This document shows, in pieces, positions 25,457 through 38,124 of a stretch of DNA of 64,000 nucleotides. The stretch is from positions 5,084,001 through 5,148,000 of the forward strand of contig OZ218951.1 of the NCBI GenBank assembly GCA_965112735.1, in the 5' to 3' direction. The translations under genes were made by a program, and so were the position numbers. Position 1 is the first letter of the stretch, and every line of letters begins with the position of its first letter. Below the pieces are notes generated by a model, which had not been told where the DNA came from, did no database searches, and was given only the letters and a program-made list of their open reading frames with translations. The stretch is from Phaeosaccion multiseriatum. Lineage: Eukaryota > Protista > Ochrophyta, other classes.

Positions 25457-28400
25457 CCCGGCATTGAAGGCTTTGGAATCCCCTCCCTCCACGCTTCTAT
25501 GGGCTCGTGGAGGCCCCCCAACCAAGGCAACAAGGGAAGGGCGGCCAAGGGGGAGGGAGAGGGACGGGCTCAGGCTCTACCCCCTGTGACAGTTACTGGG
25601 GTTGCTCCCTGGGCATTCAAGGGACCCGTTCGACCACAGAGAGGGGCGGGGGGGGTGGGTGGGGTCCTGGCCACTCACAGCGGCGGTCGTACCACCAACA
25701 GTAGCAGTAGAGGCGGTGTACCGAGGGGAGCGTTAGGTGGTGGGAGTAGGCCGAAGGGACCCCATGGACCGAGCATGTTGTCTTTGAAGCGCCCCTTGCC
25801 GGTTTCAGACGGACGGGAGGGAGAGGGGACAGTCGGCGATGGGGAGGTGGGGGGGGAAGGGGGAGCTGACAGCACAAGCGACATGTGCATAGAGGAGGGC
25901 GAGGAGGAGCCTGAACAAGAGGCGTCGAGTCGTCAAGAGAGGCCAAGTGGCGATGGAGGAGAAGGAGGAGGAGGTGGTGGTGGTGGTGGTGGTGGTGGAG
26001 GAGGAGGAGGAGGAGGAGTAAAGGATCCTTCACCAGGGCTAGCCCGTGTTCATGAATTCATGAAGAAACTGAGGCCGGAGGGAGCCGGCAAGAAGAAGAA
26101 AAAGAAGGAAAAGAAGGAGGCAGGAGAGGGGGCGGGGGATGGAGAGGAGGAGGAGGAGGAGGAGGAGGAGGAGGAGGGGCCCTCTTGGCTGGAGCTGCAG
26201 CTGCGACCCACGCCGACTCTGCTGCCGGATTTGCGTTTCCACGACCTCGTGTTCGGGAGGGAGCTTGGGACGGGCACCTTTGGGACAGTGAGGTCATGAG
26301 GGAGGGAGGGATGAGGAAGCGAGGGAGAGGGAGGGACAAAGAGAGGGTGGGAGAGAGGTAGTGCTTTCTTGCTGCGCTACTACTACTACTGCAGCTACTG
26401 TTGCTCCCTATGCTTTGCTTCCTTCAATGCTCCCCACCTAAGGATGCTGCTTCCCCTTCTGCTGCCCCTCCCTCGGCTCGAATGTCCCTCCCCCCCGTGC
26501 TGCTCCTCTACGAAGGTACGCACGTCGCATCTTGCGTGAGAAGCAGCGCTCCTTGTGGCCCGAGTACGCCGTAAAGATCATCTCCGGAGACAAGATCAAG
26601 GCTCTGCGGTGAGGGAGTGTCTGTCTGTCACCATCTGCTGCCATCTACTGCCGTCCATTGCCTTCTTCTGCCTTCCCTTATGCTGCCAGTCTTCGGCCTT
26701 CGTCTTCTGCCATCACCCTCCCTCCTTCTTACTTTCCCCCCTGGGTCGGTCCTGACCTTGTCTCCCTCTCTCCATGCCTCCCTCCCTCCCTTGCTCTATT
26801 GCTCCCTCCCTCCCTCCCTCCCTCCCTCCCTCCCTCCGCCCCCCTCCTCCCATACCCTCTCTGTATCACCAACAGCTACGGCAAGAGTATCGCCAACGAG
26901 ATGGCCATCCTCCGTCTCCTGTCCCACCCCGGCATCGCTCGCCTGATATCGGCCTTCCGCTGGAGGCATATGGGCGCGTACCTGGTGTTAGAATATGCCT
27001 CCAGGGGGGACTTGCACACACACGTCACTGAACACGGCTCTCTCGACGAGGCCTCCACGAGGTCAGGAGTGTTGCGTCGTGCAACGTGCTCTTCGTTAAT
27101 CTCAGTTATTTAGCTTTGCGTAGAGTGGTTGGTTCTGGAGCTGGCGTGGTTGTGGACGTTAGGTTTTCCCTACTACCCCACCCCATCCACCCGCCGTCTG
27201 CCCCCCCTCTCCTCCTCCTCCTCCTCCTCCTCCTCCTCCTCCTCCTCCTCCTCCTCCTCCTCCTCCTCCTCCTCCTCCTCCTCCTCCTGCTCCTCCTCCT
27301 CCTCCTCCTCCTCCTCCTCCTCCTCCTCCTCCTCCTCCTCCTCCTCCTCCTCCTCCTCCTCCTCCTCCTCCTCCTCCCCCATCTCTTCCTTTTCCTCCTC
27401 ATCCTCATCCTCCTCCCCCCCCTCCTCTGTCCTAAGATTCGTCACGGGCGAAGTGGTGGCTGCCCTCCACTCCATACACAGGGCGGGCTTCCTGTATGGA
27501 GATCTCAAGCCTGAGAACATACTCATCACGGAAACCGGACACATTAAGGTACAGTTTCAGGCCCACTCTTATCTCTCTCCTGCACGCCCATCTCCTCTCG
27601 CTCATCCACTGCCATCCATTGCCATCCCCTCCCATCCACTGCCATCCCTTCTCCTACACCCATGAAGTTGACTGACTTCGGGGCCTGCCGTCCTCACACT
27701 CCGGAGGCGGCGGCTCTTCTCGAGGACTCACTCAGCGCTCTTCGTCAATTGAGAGACGGCGATTGGAGGGCAGCGCAGGGGCTGGAACCTCACCCTGATG
27801 ATCCTGGAGAAAGGGCCTTTGGGGGGGGAGGAGGAAGGGGAGGGGGGCGACGAAGAGGAGGACGAGCAGGAGGAGGGGAGGGGGTGAGAGAGGGAGGCGT
27901 TGGTCAAGACGATAATGACGACGACGACGACGACGACGACGATGATGATGATGATGAGAACACGCAGTATGAGGAGGAGGGCACAGAGGGGGGAGAGACC
28001 AGTGGTGGTGGTGGTGGTGGACCGACTGGAGCAGGAGGAGGAGGAGGAGGAGGAGGAGGAGGAGGAGGAGGAGGAGGAGGAGGAGGAGGAGGAGGAGGAG
28101 GAGGAGGAGGAGGAGGGCGCTTGCTTGAAGGCACGGCAGCGTACCTTCCGCCCGAGGTGGCCAACGGGACGGCCTTACCTGACCAGAAGGCTGATGCATG
28201 GGCGCTGGGGTGCGTGTTGTTCTACTGCCTCAAGGGCAGACCATTTGTGTATGCGGACTCGGATCAGGAGGCACAAGCTAGTGTTGTGCGCTTCGCACAG
28301 CAGCAGCAGTTGGTGATACAGCAGCAGCAAGGGAGTGCCGCAGAAGGAGGTGGCGCTGCTGCCGCTACAATGTCGCAGCTGGAAGGAGGGAGTGGTGATG

Positions 28401-29398
28401 GTGGTGGTGGGGGTGCCTCCTTCCTACCGCAGGAGTGTTCGAAGGAAGCTCGAGGACTCATCTCGTCTCTACTTGATGCTCGACCCGAGCAGAGGCTGTC
28501 TGTGGACGAGGCCACGACGAGCGCGTTCTACATTGAGCACAAGGTGAGAGGGAGGGAGGGAAGGAAAGAAGAGAGAGGGCTCATACCAAAACACTCTTGC
28601 AAACGTACACACACTCACGCACGCACACACGCACACCCACACATGCATCTGCACCCCCCCCTGCCCCTCCCCTTTCCATCGGACCCGTTCCTCTCTTCTC
28701 CTTTCCCTCCCTCCACCCACACCACCCACCGCCTACGCCCCCCCCCCCCACTTCCTTAGGTGGACGTATTCGGTCTCCACGCAGGGGCTGCTCACGAGCT
28801 TGCCCGAGGGAGTGTCGCGCCGGCCCCTCACGCGGCATGGAGCAGGAGGCAGAATAGCATGGTGTGGGCCCCGCTGCCCCAGGAGTATAAGGTGGAGGCC
28901 TCCAAGCAGCAGGTAGGAGGCCTACGGGAGGCCTTCGGGAGGCCTACGGGAGGCCTACGAGATGCCTACGAGAGGCCTATGAGAGGCCTATGGGAGGCCT
29001 ATTGGAGGCCTATGGGAGGCATGTCGTACCGACAGGAAGAGGCTTATGGGCAGGGGCGCAGAGTGCTTGGTGGAGGCTTCCGAGCCTGTTTTTTTTTTGT
29101 ATCGTGTCTCTGTGGCTGGGCAGGAGGCAGGCAGGCAAGCGTATGGGCAGGCAGAGGCATATGGGCAGGCAAAGAGAGGCGTCTGCACCTTTCGCATCAT
29201 TTGACTGCTCAGTACTGTTTCCCTTACTTGCTCCTTCCCCTCCCCTCCCTCCCTCGCTCCCTCCCTCCCTCCTTCGCCTCCCCTCAGCTCCACGAGGCCA
29301 TTCCCGAGACCGATTTGGAGGCAAACGCCCTCTTCAAAGCGCAAGGAGGAGGGGCGGGGCGGGGTGGTGCAGGCCTCACAGGCATTTCCGAGCAGTGA
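22085..29398 (+). CDS. PP2A B56 (B')-like regulatory domain fused to a C-terminal AGC/PDK1-like Ser/Thr kinase; ~11 exons
   Basis: B56 motifs: KGFRTPL...VLPLHAP...YHEDLV, IVKHWP...NTPK|EVLLLHELE, DNSRVVERALLLFKNE, FWNPTV. Kinase motifs: ELGTGTFGTV, YAVKII, LVLEYASRGDL, YGDLKPENILI, LTDFG, EGTAAYLPPEV, DAWALGCVLF, RPEQRLS. The B56 end and kinase start share one open exon (ORF 24977-26299). Confidence 0.88.
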
Positions 29399-29914
29399 TG
29401 TTGGCGAAGGAGGATGGCAGTGGATGTACTACCCACCACGAGGGGCTTTGGTGGAGAACGGACGAAGGTGCGTTTGTGGCCTGGCTAGAGGGGGCAGTGG
29501 CAGGGCGGACGAGCTGGAACTGAAGATTTCCCCGGTAGAAGAGGAAGGGGAAGAGGAGGAGGAGGAGGAGGAGGAGGAGGAGGAGGAGGAGGAGCAGGAG
29601 CAAGACCCCCTTGCAGCAGCATGCAGTAGGAACCGAAGCAGCAAAGTAGAGCAGGAGAGAGCCTCCGAGTAGGAGTAGTAGAGTAGTAAGTAACCTGAAG
29701 CGACATGTGGAGTATGTAGCAAACAATCACTCTGATGAAGCGACACGTGGAGTGAGACACAGTTTATATATACACTGAAGGATCATCTCTTCGCTTCTAC
29801 CACACCTCGACTATCCAGTGCAAAATGATGCTCCTTCTGGGGCGTGTCGATTTTCGATATGATCGACACGATTGATCGAGAAGGTGAACCAAGAACTGAT
29901 CTTGAAACTGAAAC

Positions 29915-32684
29915 TCAATGGGTGGGTGGCAGGGTGGAGACTTCTGCCCCTTCCAAGCTCTTCCTTTTGCCCCTCGGCCGCAGTCGCACAAGCTTCTTCT
30001 TCTTCCTCCGCTTCTTCTTCTTGCCGCGTGCCCCCGCCGCTGCCTCGCCCTGTCCTTCTCCACTTTGTGGCACTGGTGCCGTCGCTCCTCCTCCTCCTCC
30101 TCCTGCCCGCCCCCCCCCCCGTCCTTCTCTCTCCCCCACCCACGCCATTTTCGCCGCCTCCATCTCCCCCTTCCTCCTCCTCTCCACTCGCACCACAAAC
30201 CCATGCGCCTTGCGGATGGTCTCAACCGGCGGCAATTTTCGTAACGGCATATTATTGGAATGGACTGCCATCCCCACTGCCCTCCTCAGTCGCCTCTGGT
30301 CACCGGGCCCCACGTGAGAGAGTGTCAGGACTCGAGAGAGTTTCCCGCCCCCCATGTTCTGCAAGGCCTGCCGGAGCCTCTGCTTCGCTTCCCTACGTGC
30401 CACGCAGCGCCCCTGAGCAAAGCCACGCCAGCAGGCCTGTAGCTTGATGGCTGCTGTATCACCACGTGCTGCTGCCGCTGCTGCTGCTGCTGCTGCTGCT
30501 TCTTCTTGGGCCCTCTCCGGAACGAGGCGTGCCGCAGCCTCGGCTTCCGCAGCCTTAGCTTCAGCCCTTGGTGATACTGCACTCCTACCACCCTCCTCCT
30601 CCTCCTCCTCCTCCTCCTCCTCCTCCTCCTCCTCCTCCTCCCCCTCTCCACATACTATATGAATGCGGCCCTCAGTATTCTCACCCTCACCGCCATTGCC
30701 ACCTCCACCGTCTGCTGCCTTCTTCTTGTCCGCCCAAGAGACGCCGCTGCAAGGCTTGTCTGTCTCTGCCTCTGTCTCTGGTCTTTCGGAGCCCTCCCCC
30801 CTCTCCCACTCCTCCTCCCCCTCCCCTTTCTTCTTCTTCTCCTCCTCCTCCTCCTCCCACCTCACTCCTCTACCATCCACTCTTACGTCCCTCCCAAGCC
30901 ACTCGCAGTCGCCATCATCATACCGGATGAGGAGTCCCCTCCCCTCCTTTTCATACCGAGTCACTGTGCCTGCATACCACATGCCACCACGCTGCTGCCC
31001 CTCGCCCCTTTCGTTGCTTCCACCACCAGTGGCACTCCTACCCTGCCCCCCGCCCCCCTCCTCCTCCTCCCCCCCCCCCCCCTTCTCCTCCTCCTTCCCC
31101 CAAAGCACCTGCACTCTTCTCCCAATCTGTACCTTGTCCCTCAACCCCCTGGACACCACAGCCTCACTGAGCACCGCCCTCAGATGGCACTGCATGGCCG
31201 CATTGGAGGCAAGGAGCGATACCCGCTGCTCCTTTGTCTCCCGCGTGCTCTCCTCGGCCTCCTTTCGCATGCTGCTCACCTCCTTATCGAGTTGTTCGTT
31301 ACCATCGTCGCCAGCTGCCAATGTGAACGCTGAACTATCAAGATCAGTGTCAGTACAATCAGTGTCAGTGCTACCGTACTCCTCTGTATCCCCGCCCCCG
31401 TCCCCTCCTCTCCTCACTTCTAGTGAAGCTCTTGCTCCTCTTTCTCCTCGATCCCCTCCTCTTCCTCCTCGATCCCCTCCTCCTCTTCCTTCTCCTCTTC
31501 TCCTTCGTCGACGTTCTCTGTGACGCTGTGTGGCTGCGGCCTGTAGAGTGGCGTAGAGATTTCGTTTGTCAACGTCCTGAGTCGCATAGTAGGCAGCAGC
31601 AGCTGCAGTCGTTGATGGTACAGCAAAAGAACGACTGGCTTTCCATCTAGGAGCCCCGTCATACTCCCCTCCCTCTCCCCCCTCCTCCTCCTCCTCCTTC
31701 GCCTCCTCCTCCTCCTCCTCCTCCTCTCCCGCGTCGCTACTATCGCCGTCGCCGAAGAAGGAGGCCTGCGAGCCCGGACTACCCGTGCTCCTACGCGACG
31801 ACGAGACCGCCATCACCCCCCGCCCCCCCCCTTTGCTACCCCTGCTACTGCTTCCCCTGCTACTGCTTCCCCTGCTGCTGCCACAGCTCCGCTCCCCCCT
31901 GCCACCCCTGCTGCTGCCCTTGCTCCTGCCCCTGCTGCTGCCCCTGCTGCTGCCCAGGCGGCGCGCACTCCGAGGGGTCTTCGTGCTATTGGACGTGCCA
32001 TACAGCTGCTGATGATGATGATCCTGGTGGTGGTGGTGGTGCTGCTGCTGCTGCTGCTGGTCCTGATGCTGCCGCACTAGACGCTGTCGACGCCGATAAG
32101 CAGGGTGCTGCCGGATATAGTCTCGGACATAGTTCGTCTCATGCACCGGAGCAATGCCATTCACTCGGCCGCAGTGGTCAAAGAGAGTGGCCTACTCTCG
32201 CAACAAGACGATCCGCGGAATAGAAGCATGAGGGGTGTTAGTGAAAGGGCGCAGAAGGAGAGAAAAGGAGCCAAGCGAGGGGGGTATTCCGTGAGAAAGA
32301 GGAAAGCTTGTTGGTTCCGACAGCTTCCCTACTACCAGCAGTTGCACTTACCCTAAGCTCCCTGTCTGTCGGTATGATATAGTCGATGCTCCTTTCTCCT
32401 TCTCCTCCTGAATCTCCTCCTCCTCCGCCCCCCCTCTTGGTGAATGTCGCTGCATCTCTTGGCCTTCTCCGTCTTCTATGCAGTCCATTCTTATGCGCAC
32501 CCGCACCCCCCGTCTCTCCTTCTCCTTGACCAACACAGGGCACCACTCGTCCCGTCGTGTCAAGCATGATACGCAAATTCGTGCCGCTGCTTGGTGCCTT
32601 GTTCCTTGTCTTTCTCCTCGTCTCCGCAGCAGAGGAGCGGTTGACTCCCCCCACCTCCGGAAACAGAGACACGGGCTTGAACAT
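29915..32684 (-). CDS. Low-complexity protein with a Tudor-like domain and an IQ calmodulin-binding motif, 2 exons
   Basis: IGRRVQVLW...WYAGTVTRY...LIRYDDGDCEWL (Tudor-like) and AAIKLQACWRGFAQGR (IQ). The upstream exon MFKPVSLF...TDRELR splices via gtaagt...tag to ATLFDHCGRVNGIAP. Confidence 0.7.
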
Positions 32685-32911
32685 GTTTGGCTGCACCACA
32701 CACACACACACAGCCCCACAAGAAAGAGGGGGGGGGGGGGCGAGAGCAAAAAACAAAAAAACTAGAAAAAACAAATAACAAAAACGCTTTTTCAGTCCAC
32801 TACGTCCTGACACCTAGTACTACCCATGCCTTCCCCTCCTCGATCTTTCTTCTCGCAAATCTCATCCCGCCTCCCTATCCTTTGCCGTGCCCACGCTCCC
32901 TTTCCGCTGCC

Positions 32912-34845
32912 ATGCCCATTATTGAGGTACGTTCGTACGCGCACTTCCTCCGCCCCGCTTCACCTCGTCACAACTCAAACGACGCGCTCACTTATTGTGT
33001 GTCCATGCATGCTTCCCCCTTACTCCCGTGCTGTTGTGATACCTCTCCGTGTGGCAGTCTTACCGCCTTGGGCAAGCCATCATAAGTGGTCAGAGCATCC
33101 AAAGGGTGCAAGCGGCTGTGAGGGATCTCGTCGCTGTAAACGGAGGGAGGAAGGCATGCTTGGACGAGCCCCTCCATATGGAGCAATGGAGGTGGCCTGC
33201 CCTGCACTTAGCTGTACTGGAAAGGAGACATGATATCATTGGTCTTCTTCTGCAAGAGGGGGCGTCGCCGAATGCTGGAGGGACTGCAGCTGGCGCGAGT
33301 GCGTTGAGGGTTGCAAGTGATTTTAAGTATGCTGCTGTCCTACAACAGCTCCTGGATGCTGGTGCTGACGTCAATACAGTGATGAGCGATGGAAGTACGG
33401 CTCTCATGGAGGCCTCCCAGGAAGGAGCCGTGGTGGTGGTGCACAAGCTGCTCTCTGCCGGTGCCAGGGTGGACTTGGCTGACGATAGTGGCGATACGGC
33501 TTTGGTCCGCGCCTCAGAGAATGGACACCATAAAGTGGTGCAGCAGCTCCTTGATGCTGGTGCTGACGTCAATAAAGAAGGGGGAGATGGAATTACGGCT
33601 CTCATGGAAGCCTCCGAGGGAGGAGACGTGGTGGTGGTGCACAAGCTGCTCTCTGCCGGTGCCAGGGTGGACTTGGTTGACGATAGGGGCGATAAAGCTT
33701 TGAACTACTCCTCCAGACTGGGACATCATGAAGTGGTGCAGCAGCTCCTTGATGCTGGTGCGAAGGTGAATTGGGCGAATGAGAAGGGGCGGACGGCGCT
33801 TACTGATGCCTCGTTTTCAGGGCATGAACAGGTAGTCCAACAGCTTATCAGAGCTGGCGCGGAGGTCGAAAAGGAAGATTCAGAAGGCTGTACGGCCTTG
33901 CTCGTGGCCTCACAGGAAGGGGATCATGCGGTGGTGCAGCTGCTGCTAGAGGCAGGCGCTGATCCCAACCACATGGAAAGACAAGCTTTCGACCGCCTGC
34001 TAGAGGCAGGCGCTGATCCCAACCACATGGAAAGACAAGCTTTCAACCGCACCCCCTTGTTCATGGCCGCACATGGCGGATACCACAGGGTCACGCAGCT
34101 GCTCCTCATCTCCGGGGCAAATGCGAATTTGGGAGGCCGCAGCGGATTTTTTCCGCTCTATGCTGCAACCGAAGGTGGACATGGTGCAACATATGGCCTT
34201 GTGGTGGAGCAGCTCATCGCTGCCGGCGCGGAACTCGAAAGCCGTACTGGTGAATGGGGGAGAACACCATTGATGGGAGCGACTATACAAGGGTCCAGAA
34301 GCATTGTGCGGAAGCTGCTCAGGGCTGGGGCAGAGGTGAATGCGATCAGTAGCGATGGATTTGGAGCGATACATTTGGCATGTGCCGAGGGCCATGCTCG
34401 TGTCGCGGAGGATTTGATCTCAGCAGGTGCTGATGTGGAAATGCTGACGGTGGTTACGCCTTTAATGATGGCTGCTGCGAACGGCCATGGGGCAGTGGTC
34501 CGTGTGCTGCTGTCTGCGGGGGCTGATACTGAAAATGAGGGCGCTGTCAACGGCGGAACGCCCTTGTTTCATGCGGCACAACAAGGCCACAGCGGGGCGG
34601 CGCTGGAGCTACTCTCAGGAGGGGCCTCACTGACAAAGGCTTTGACAAAAGCACGAGAGTATATCGATGGAGCAGCATGTATAGAATTCCTCCTGGCTGC
34701 GGAAAGACATCACTTTGCGTCACAAAGCGCGTTGGACCTGATGCGGGGCACTGACCTTCTCTTTAGCAAGGAAGGGAGGCTGAAGGTGTCGCAGAGAGAG
34801 CTTAGCCCTGAGGTGCTGCAGGAGGTGGCGGAGGAGATGGCATGA
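32912..34845 (+). CDS. Ankyrin-repeat family member ANK-1 (micro-exon MPIIE plus one long exon; ~16 repeats)
   Basis: Exon 32912-32926, intron to cag 33057, then ORF to 34845. Repeated TAL..AS..GH..VV..LL.AGA.VN, ending in the family C-terminus ...RELSPEVLQEVAEEMA. Confidence 0.92.
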
Positions 34846-35294
34846 CAAGCTCCCCTCCCCTCTCTTTTCTGAACCGAAACTCATTCATGTGAAACTCTTA
34901 CTTCGTAGTACCTAACAAATATAGAGGAGCCAGCGACTTAGGGAAGAAGAAGAAGGAATGGTTGTCATTCTCACGGCCTTTCCACCTGTGAAGTCACTGT
35001 GACCCTAGCCCTCCGCAGCGAAGGATTCTCACTCCTGTTGCCGCTTTGTCCGAGTTCGACTGCCGATGGTGTCTCAAGAGGCCGAGAAGGTCAACGCGTG
35101 TGTGCGTGCGTGCACGTCGCAGAATAAGCTAGCGTAGTGTTTCCCCCAAGAAAGCCAACGAAATGACGACAAAAACACCGGTGATTGGGTGTCCGAAAGT
35201 TGGGGTGTGGAGTAAGCGAGCGTCTGCAGCTTCTTATTCTCTCTCTCCCCCGCTCTCTCTCTCTCTCTAGCTAGGGTGTAACAATATTTGCAGG

Positions 35295-35540
35295 ACGCCT
35301 TGAATATGCTCCACACGGACGCCAGGCCTGGAGCGGCAGCAGCGGCCAGCGAGACACGCAGGGAGCAGCACTAGCTACGCCAACACCTACGGCCCCGAGG
35401 TAGTGCGCCTCATCACCTTCACCATCGAGACCCATGGACGACTCGTCGGCGCAATCCCTTCTAGCTAGGCTACACGCCCTGGTAGGCGAGCACGTCGTCT
35501 CCCGTACCGGACCCACCGTCTCTCACACCACCAATGATCA
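35295..35540 (+). mobile_element. Degraded fragment resembling the restriction-like endonuclease end of a CRE-type non-LTR retrotransposon
   Basis: Removing a 4-bp insertion gives PGAAAAASETRREQHYANTYGPEVVRLITFTIETHGRL...AQSLLARL, matching the A..AE..K...Y...PF..ET.GR pattern of RLE-clade elements. Confidence 0.5.
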
Positions 35541-35551
35541 ACCCCTGATAC

Positions 35552-35642
35552 ACTATCGCCCACATTCTCGATAGCGCGCTATCGGCCGCCGGTCGATAGC
35601 GGATAGCGCGCCGGCGATAGCTAGCGGATAGCAGATAGTGGC
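35552..35642. repeat. ATAGC-rich intergenic island 3
   Basis: cgatagcgcgctatcggccgccggtcgatagcggatagcgcgccggcgatagctagcggatagcagatag. Confidence 0.65.
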
Positions 35643-35963
35643 TGCATCAGGGGTTGAGAAACTGAAACTAAGGGCCATGTCCTCTCCAAACTTCGACGCC
35701 TCAGCAGCTGCAGCCACCATAATTCTCTCTCTCTCTTCTTCCTCTTCCTCTCCTTTTAGTCCTTTATAGCTTATAGCCGTTGCGCTCCAGCGGGCTCGAT
35801 ATGATAGATCGATTCGCCATAGGATCCTGTCCCCGGGGCGATGAGCCATTACTTTTAGACAATCATAGATGGCACTTAAGGGCCCCTTGTAATCCCGCCT
35901 CCGGGCTGCTACTCTCATCCCGCCTCCCTATCTTTGCCGTACCCACGCCCTCTTTCCGCTACC

Positions 35964-37595
35964 ATGCCAAGTATTGAGGTATGAGCATTTCCGCCTCACC
36001 TTGTCACCCTCCAACGATCCACTCACGATTCCCCCCTACTGTTGCGATACCTCTCTGTGTGACAGGCTACCCGCCTGTACCAAGCCATCCGCGGTGGCCA
36101 GAGCGTCCGAAAGGTGCAGGCGGCGGTGAGGGCCCTCGTCGCTAAGAACGGAGGGCGGAGGGCATGCTTGGACGAGCCCGTCGACGGGTCCGGGTTTCCT
36201 GCCCTACACGTCGCGATGAGTGAGAAGAGGGGCGACATCGCTGCGCTTCTGCTGCAAGAGGGGGCGTCGCCGAATGCTGCTGCAGAGACTACAAATGGCA
36301 CGAGTGCGTTGATGGCCGCATGTCATTATAAGGATGCTGCTGCCGTCCAACAGCTCCTTGATGCTGGTGCTGACGTAAATGCACAAGCGAGAGATGGATT
36401 TACTGCTCTCATGGAGGCCTCCCAGGAAGGAACCGTGGTGGTGGTGCACGAGCTGCTCTCCGCCGGTGCCAGCCTGGACTTGGTTACCACCTGTGGCGTT
36501 GCGACGGCGTTGTTCATGTCCTCCCAAAACGGGCACCATGCAGTGGCGCAGCAGCTGCTGTCGGCGGGGGCAAAGGTGGACTGGGCAAATGAGAAGGGGC
36601 GTACGGCGCTCCATCAAGCCTCACATGGAGGACACGAAAGGGTAGTCCAGCAGCTGCTCTCAGCCGTCGCGGAGGTCGACAAGGAAGATTCAGAAGGCTT
36701 TACGGCCTTGCACCTTGCCTCCCAGGAAGGGCATCATGCGGTGGTGCAACAGCTGCTGTCGGCCGGCGCTGATCCCAACCACTTGAGTCTTCATGGCCAC
36801 ACCCCCTTGCGCATTGCCGTAGAAATGGGACACGACAGGGTCACGCAGCTGCTGCTCACCTCAGGGGCAGATGCGAATTTGCCAGACCGCGACATGTGGT
36901 TTCCGCTGTATATAGCAAGCAGTGAAGGGTATGGCATTGTGGTGGATCAGCTCATCACAGCCGGTGCTGACCTTGAAAAACGTAGCGGCGAGCGGCGGCG
37001 AACTGCGTTGATGCAAGCTTCTATGGAAGGGCACCGAAGTGTTGTGCGGAAGTTGCTCAGGGCTGGGGCAGAGGTGGATGCGATTGATGGCGACAGGTGT
37101 GGAGCGATACACTTGGCAGCTGGAAAGGGCCATGCTCGTGTCGTGGAGGAGCTCATCTCAGGAGGGGCTGACGTGGAGATGCTGTCTCAAAAGGGGCCTA
37201 GTGCTGCTACGGCCTTGATCATGGCTGCTCTACAGGGCCATGGGGCAGTGATCCGTGTGCTGCTATCTGCGGGGGCTGATCCTGACAATGGGAAGGGCTT
37301 CCTTAAATACATGTCGCCCTTAGTTTGTGCAGCGTGTAAGGGCCACAGCGGGGCGGCGCTGGAGCTGCTCTCTGGAGGGGCCTCACTGGAAAAGGCTCTG
37401 ACAGCAGCACGAACGTATGGCGATGCAGTTGTTGAATTCCTCCTGGCCGCGGACAGACAGCACTTTGCGTCACAAAGCGCGTTGGACCTGATGCGGGGCA
37501 CTGACCTTCTCTTTAGCAAGGAAGGGAGGCTAAAGGTGTCGCAGAGAGAGCTTAGCCCTGAGGTGCTGCAGGAGGTGGCGGAGGAGATGGCATGA
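35964..37595 (+). CDS. Ankyrin-repeat family member ANK-2 (micro-exon MPSIE plus long exon)
   Basis: Exon 35964-35978, acceptor at 36065, ORF to 37595. Same N-cap (ATRLYQAI..GQS...VQAAVRALVAKNGGRRACLDE) and C-tail as ANK-1. Confidence 0.92.
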
Positions 37596-38124
37596 CAAGC
37601 TCACCACGCGCGGTGTCCGCTGCCGGGAAGGGGGGATGCGGGCGGTCCCGAGCCACTCACACACCGTCAGGCAGAAGCAGGAGCGGCAGGGAGTCGAGGA
37701 CGAGGGTGGGAAGCAGAGAAGAGAAAGATGGGCAGGCCTTCCATCTCCAGGCAAGTCTTGACGAAACGCAAGCAGGGTACTCGGTGGTCACCGCCCGTGA
37801 GACTTTCAGCTTTGCATGGGGGGAAGGCGCTGTGGCAGAGGTGCAGGAGGTGTGAGGGAGCGGGGAAGCAAGAGGGAGCCGTAGGAGGAGGACGAGGACG
37901 AGGAGGTGGAGGGCTGACTCGTGTTAAGGGGGAGGAAGGCACAAACGACCACATTAGCTATTGGACATCGTCTGCGGGCGCACGGTAGGGGGCTGATACC
38001 GCGACGACGTACATGAAGGCAGCACCAACCGTAGTGTCTTGGTCCAGCAGAGGGTAGATAGACAGATAGATGCAGAGTGTTGGGCTTGGATACGGTAGAT
38101 GGGTTGTAATTATTCATGTGCTAG

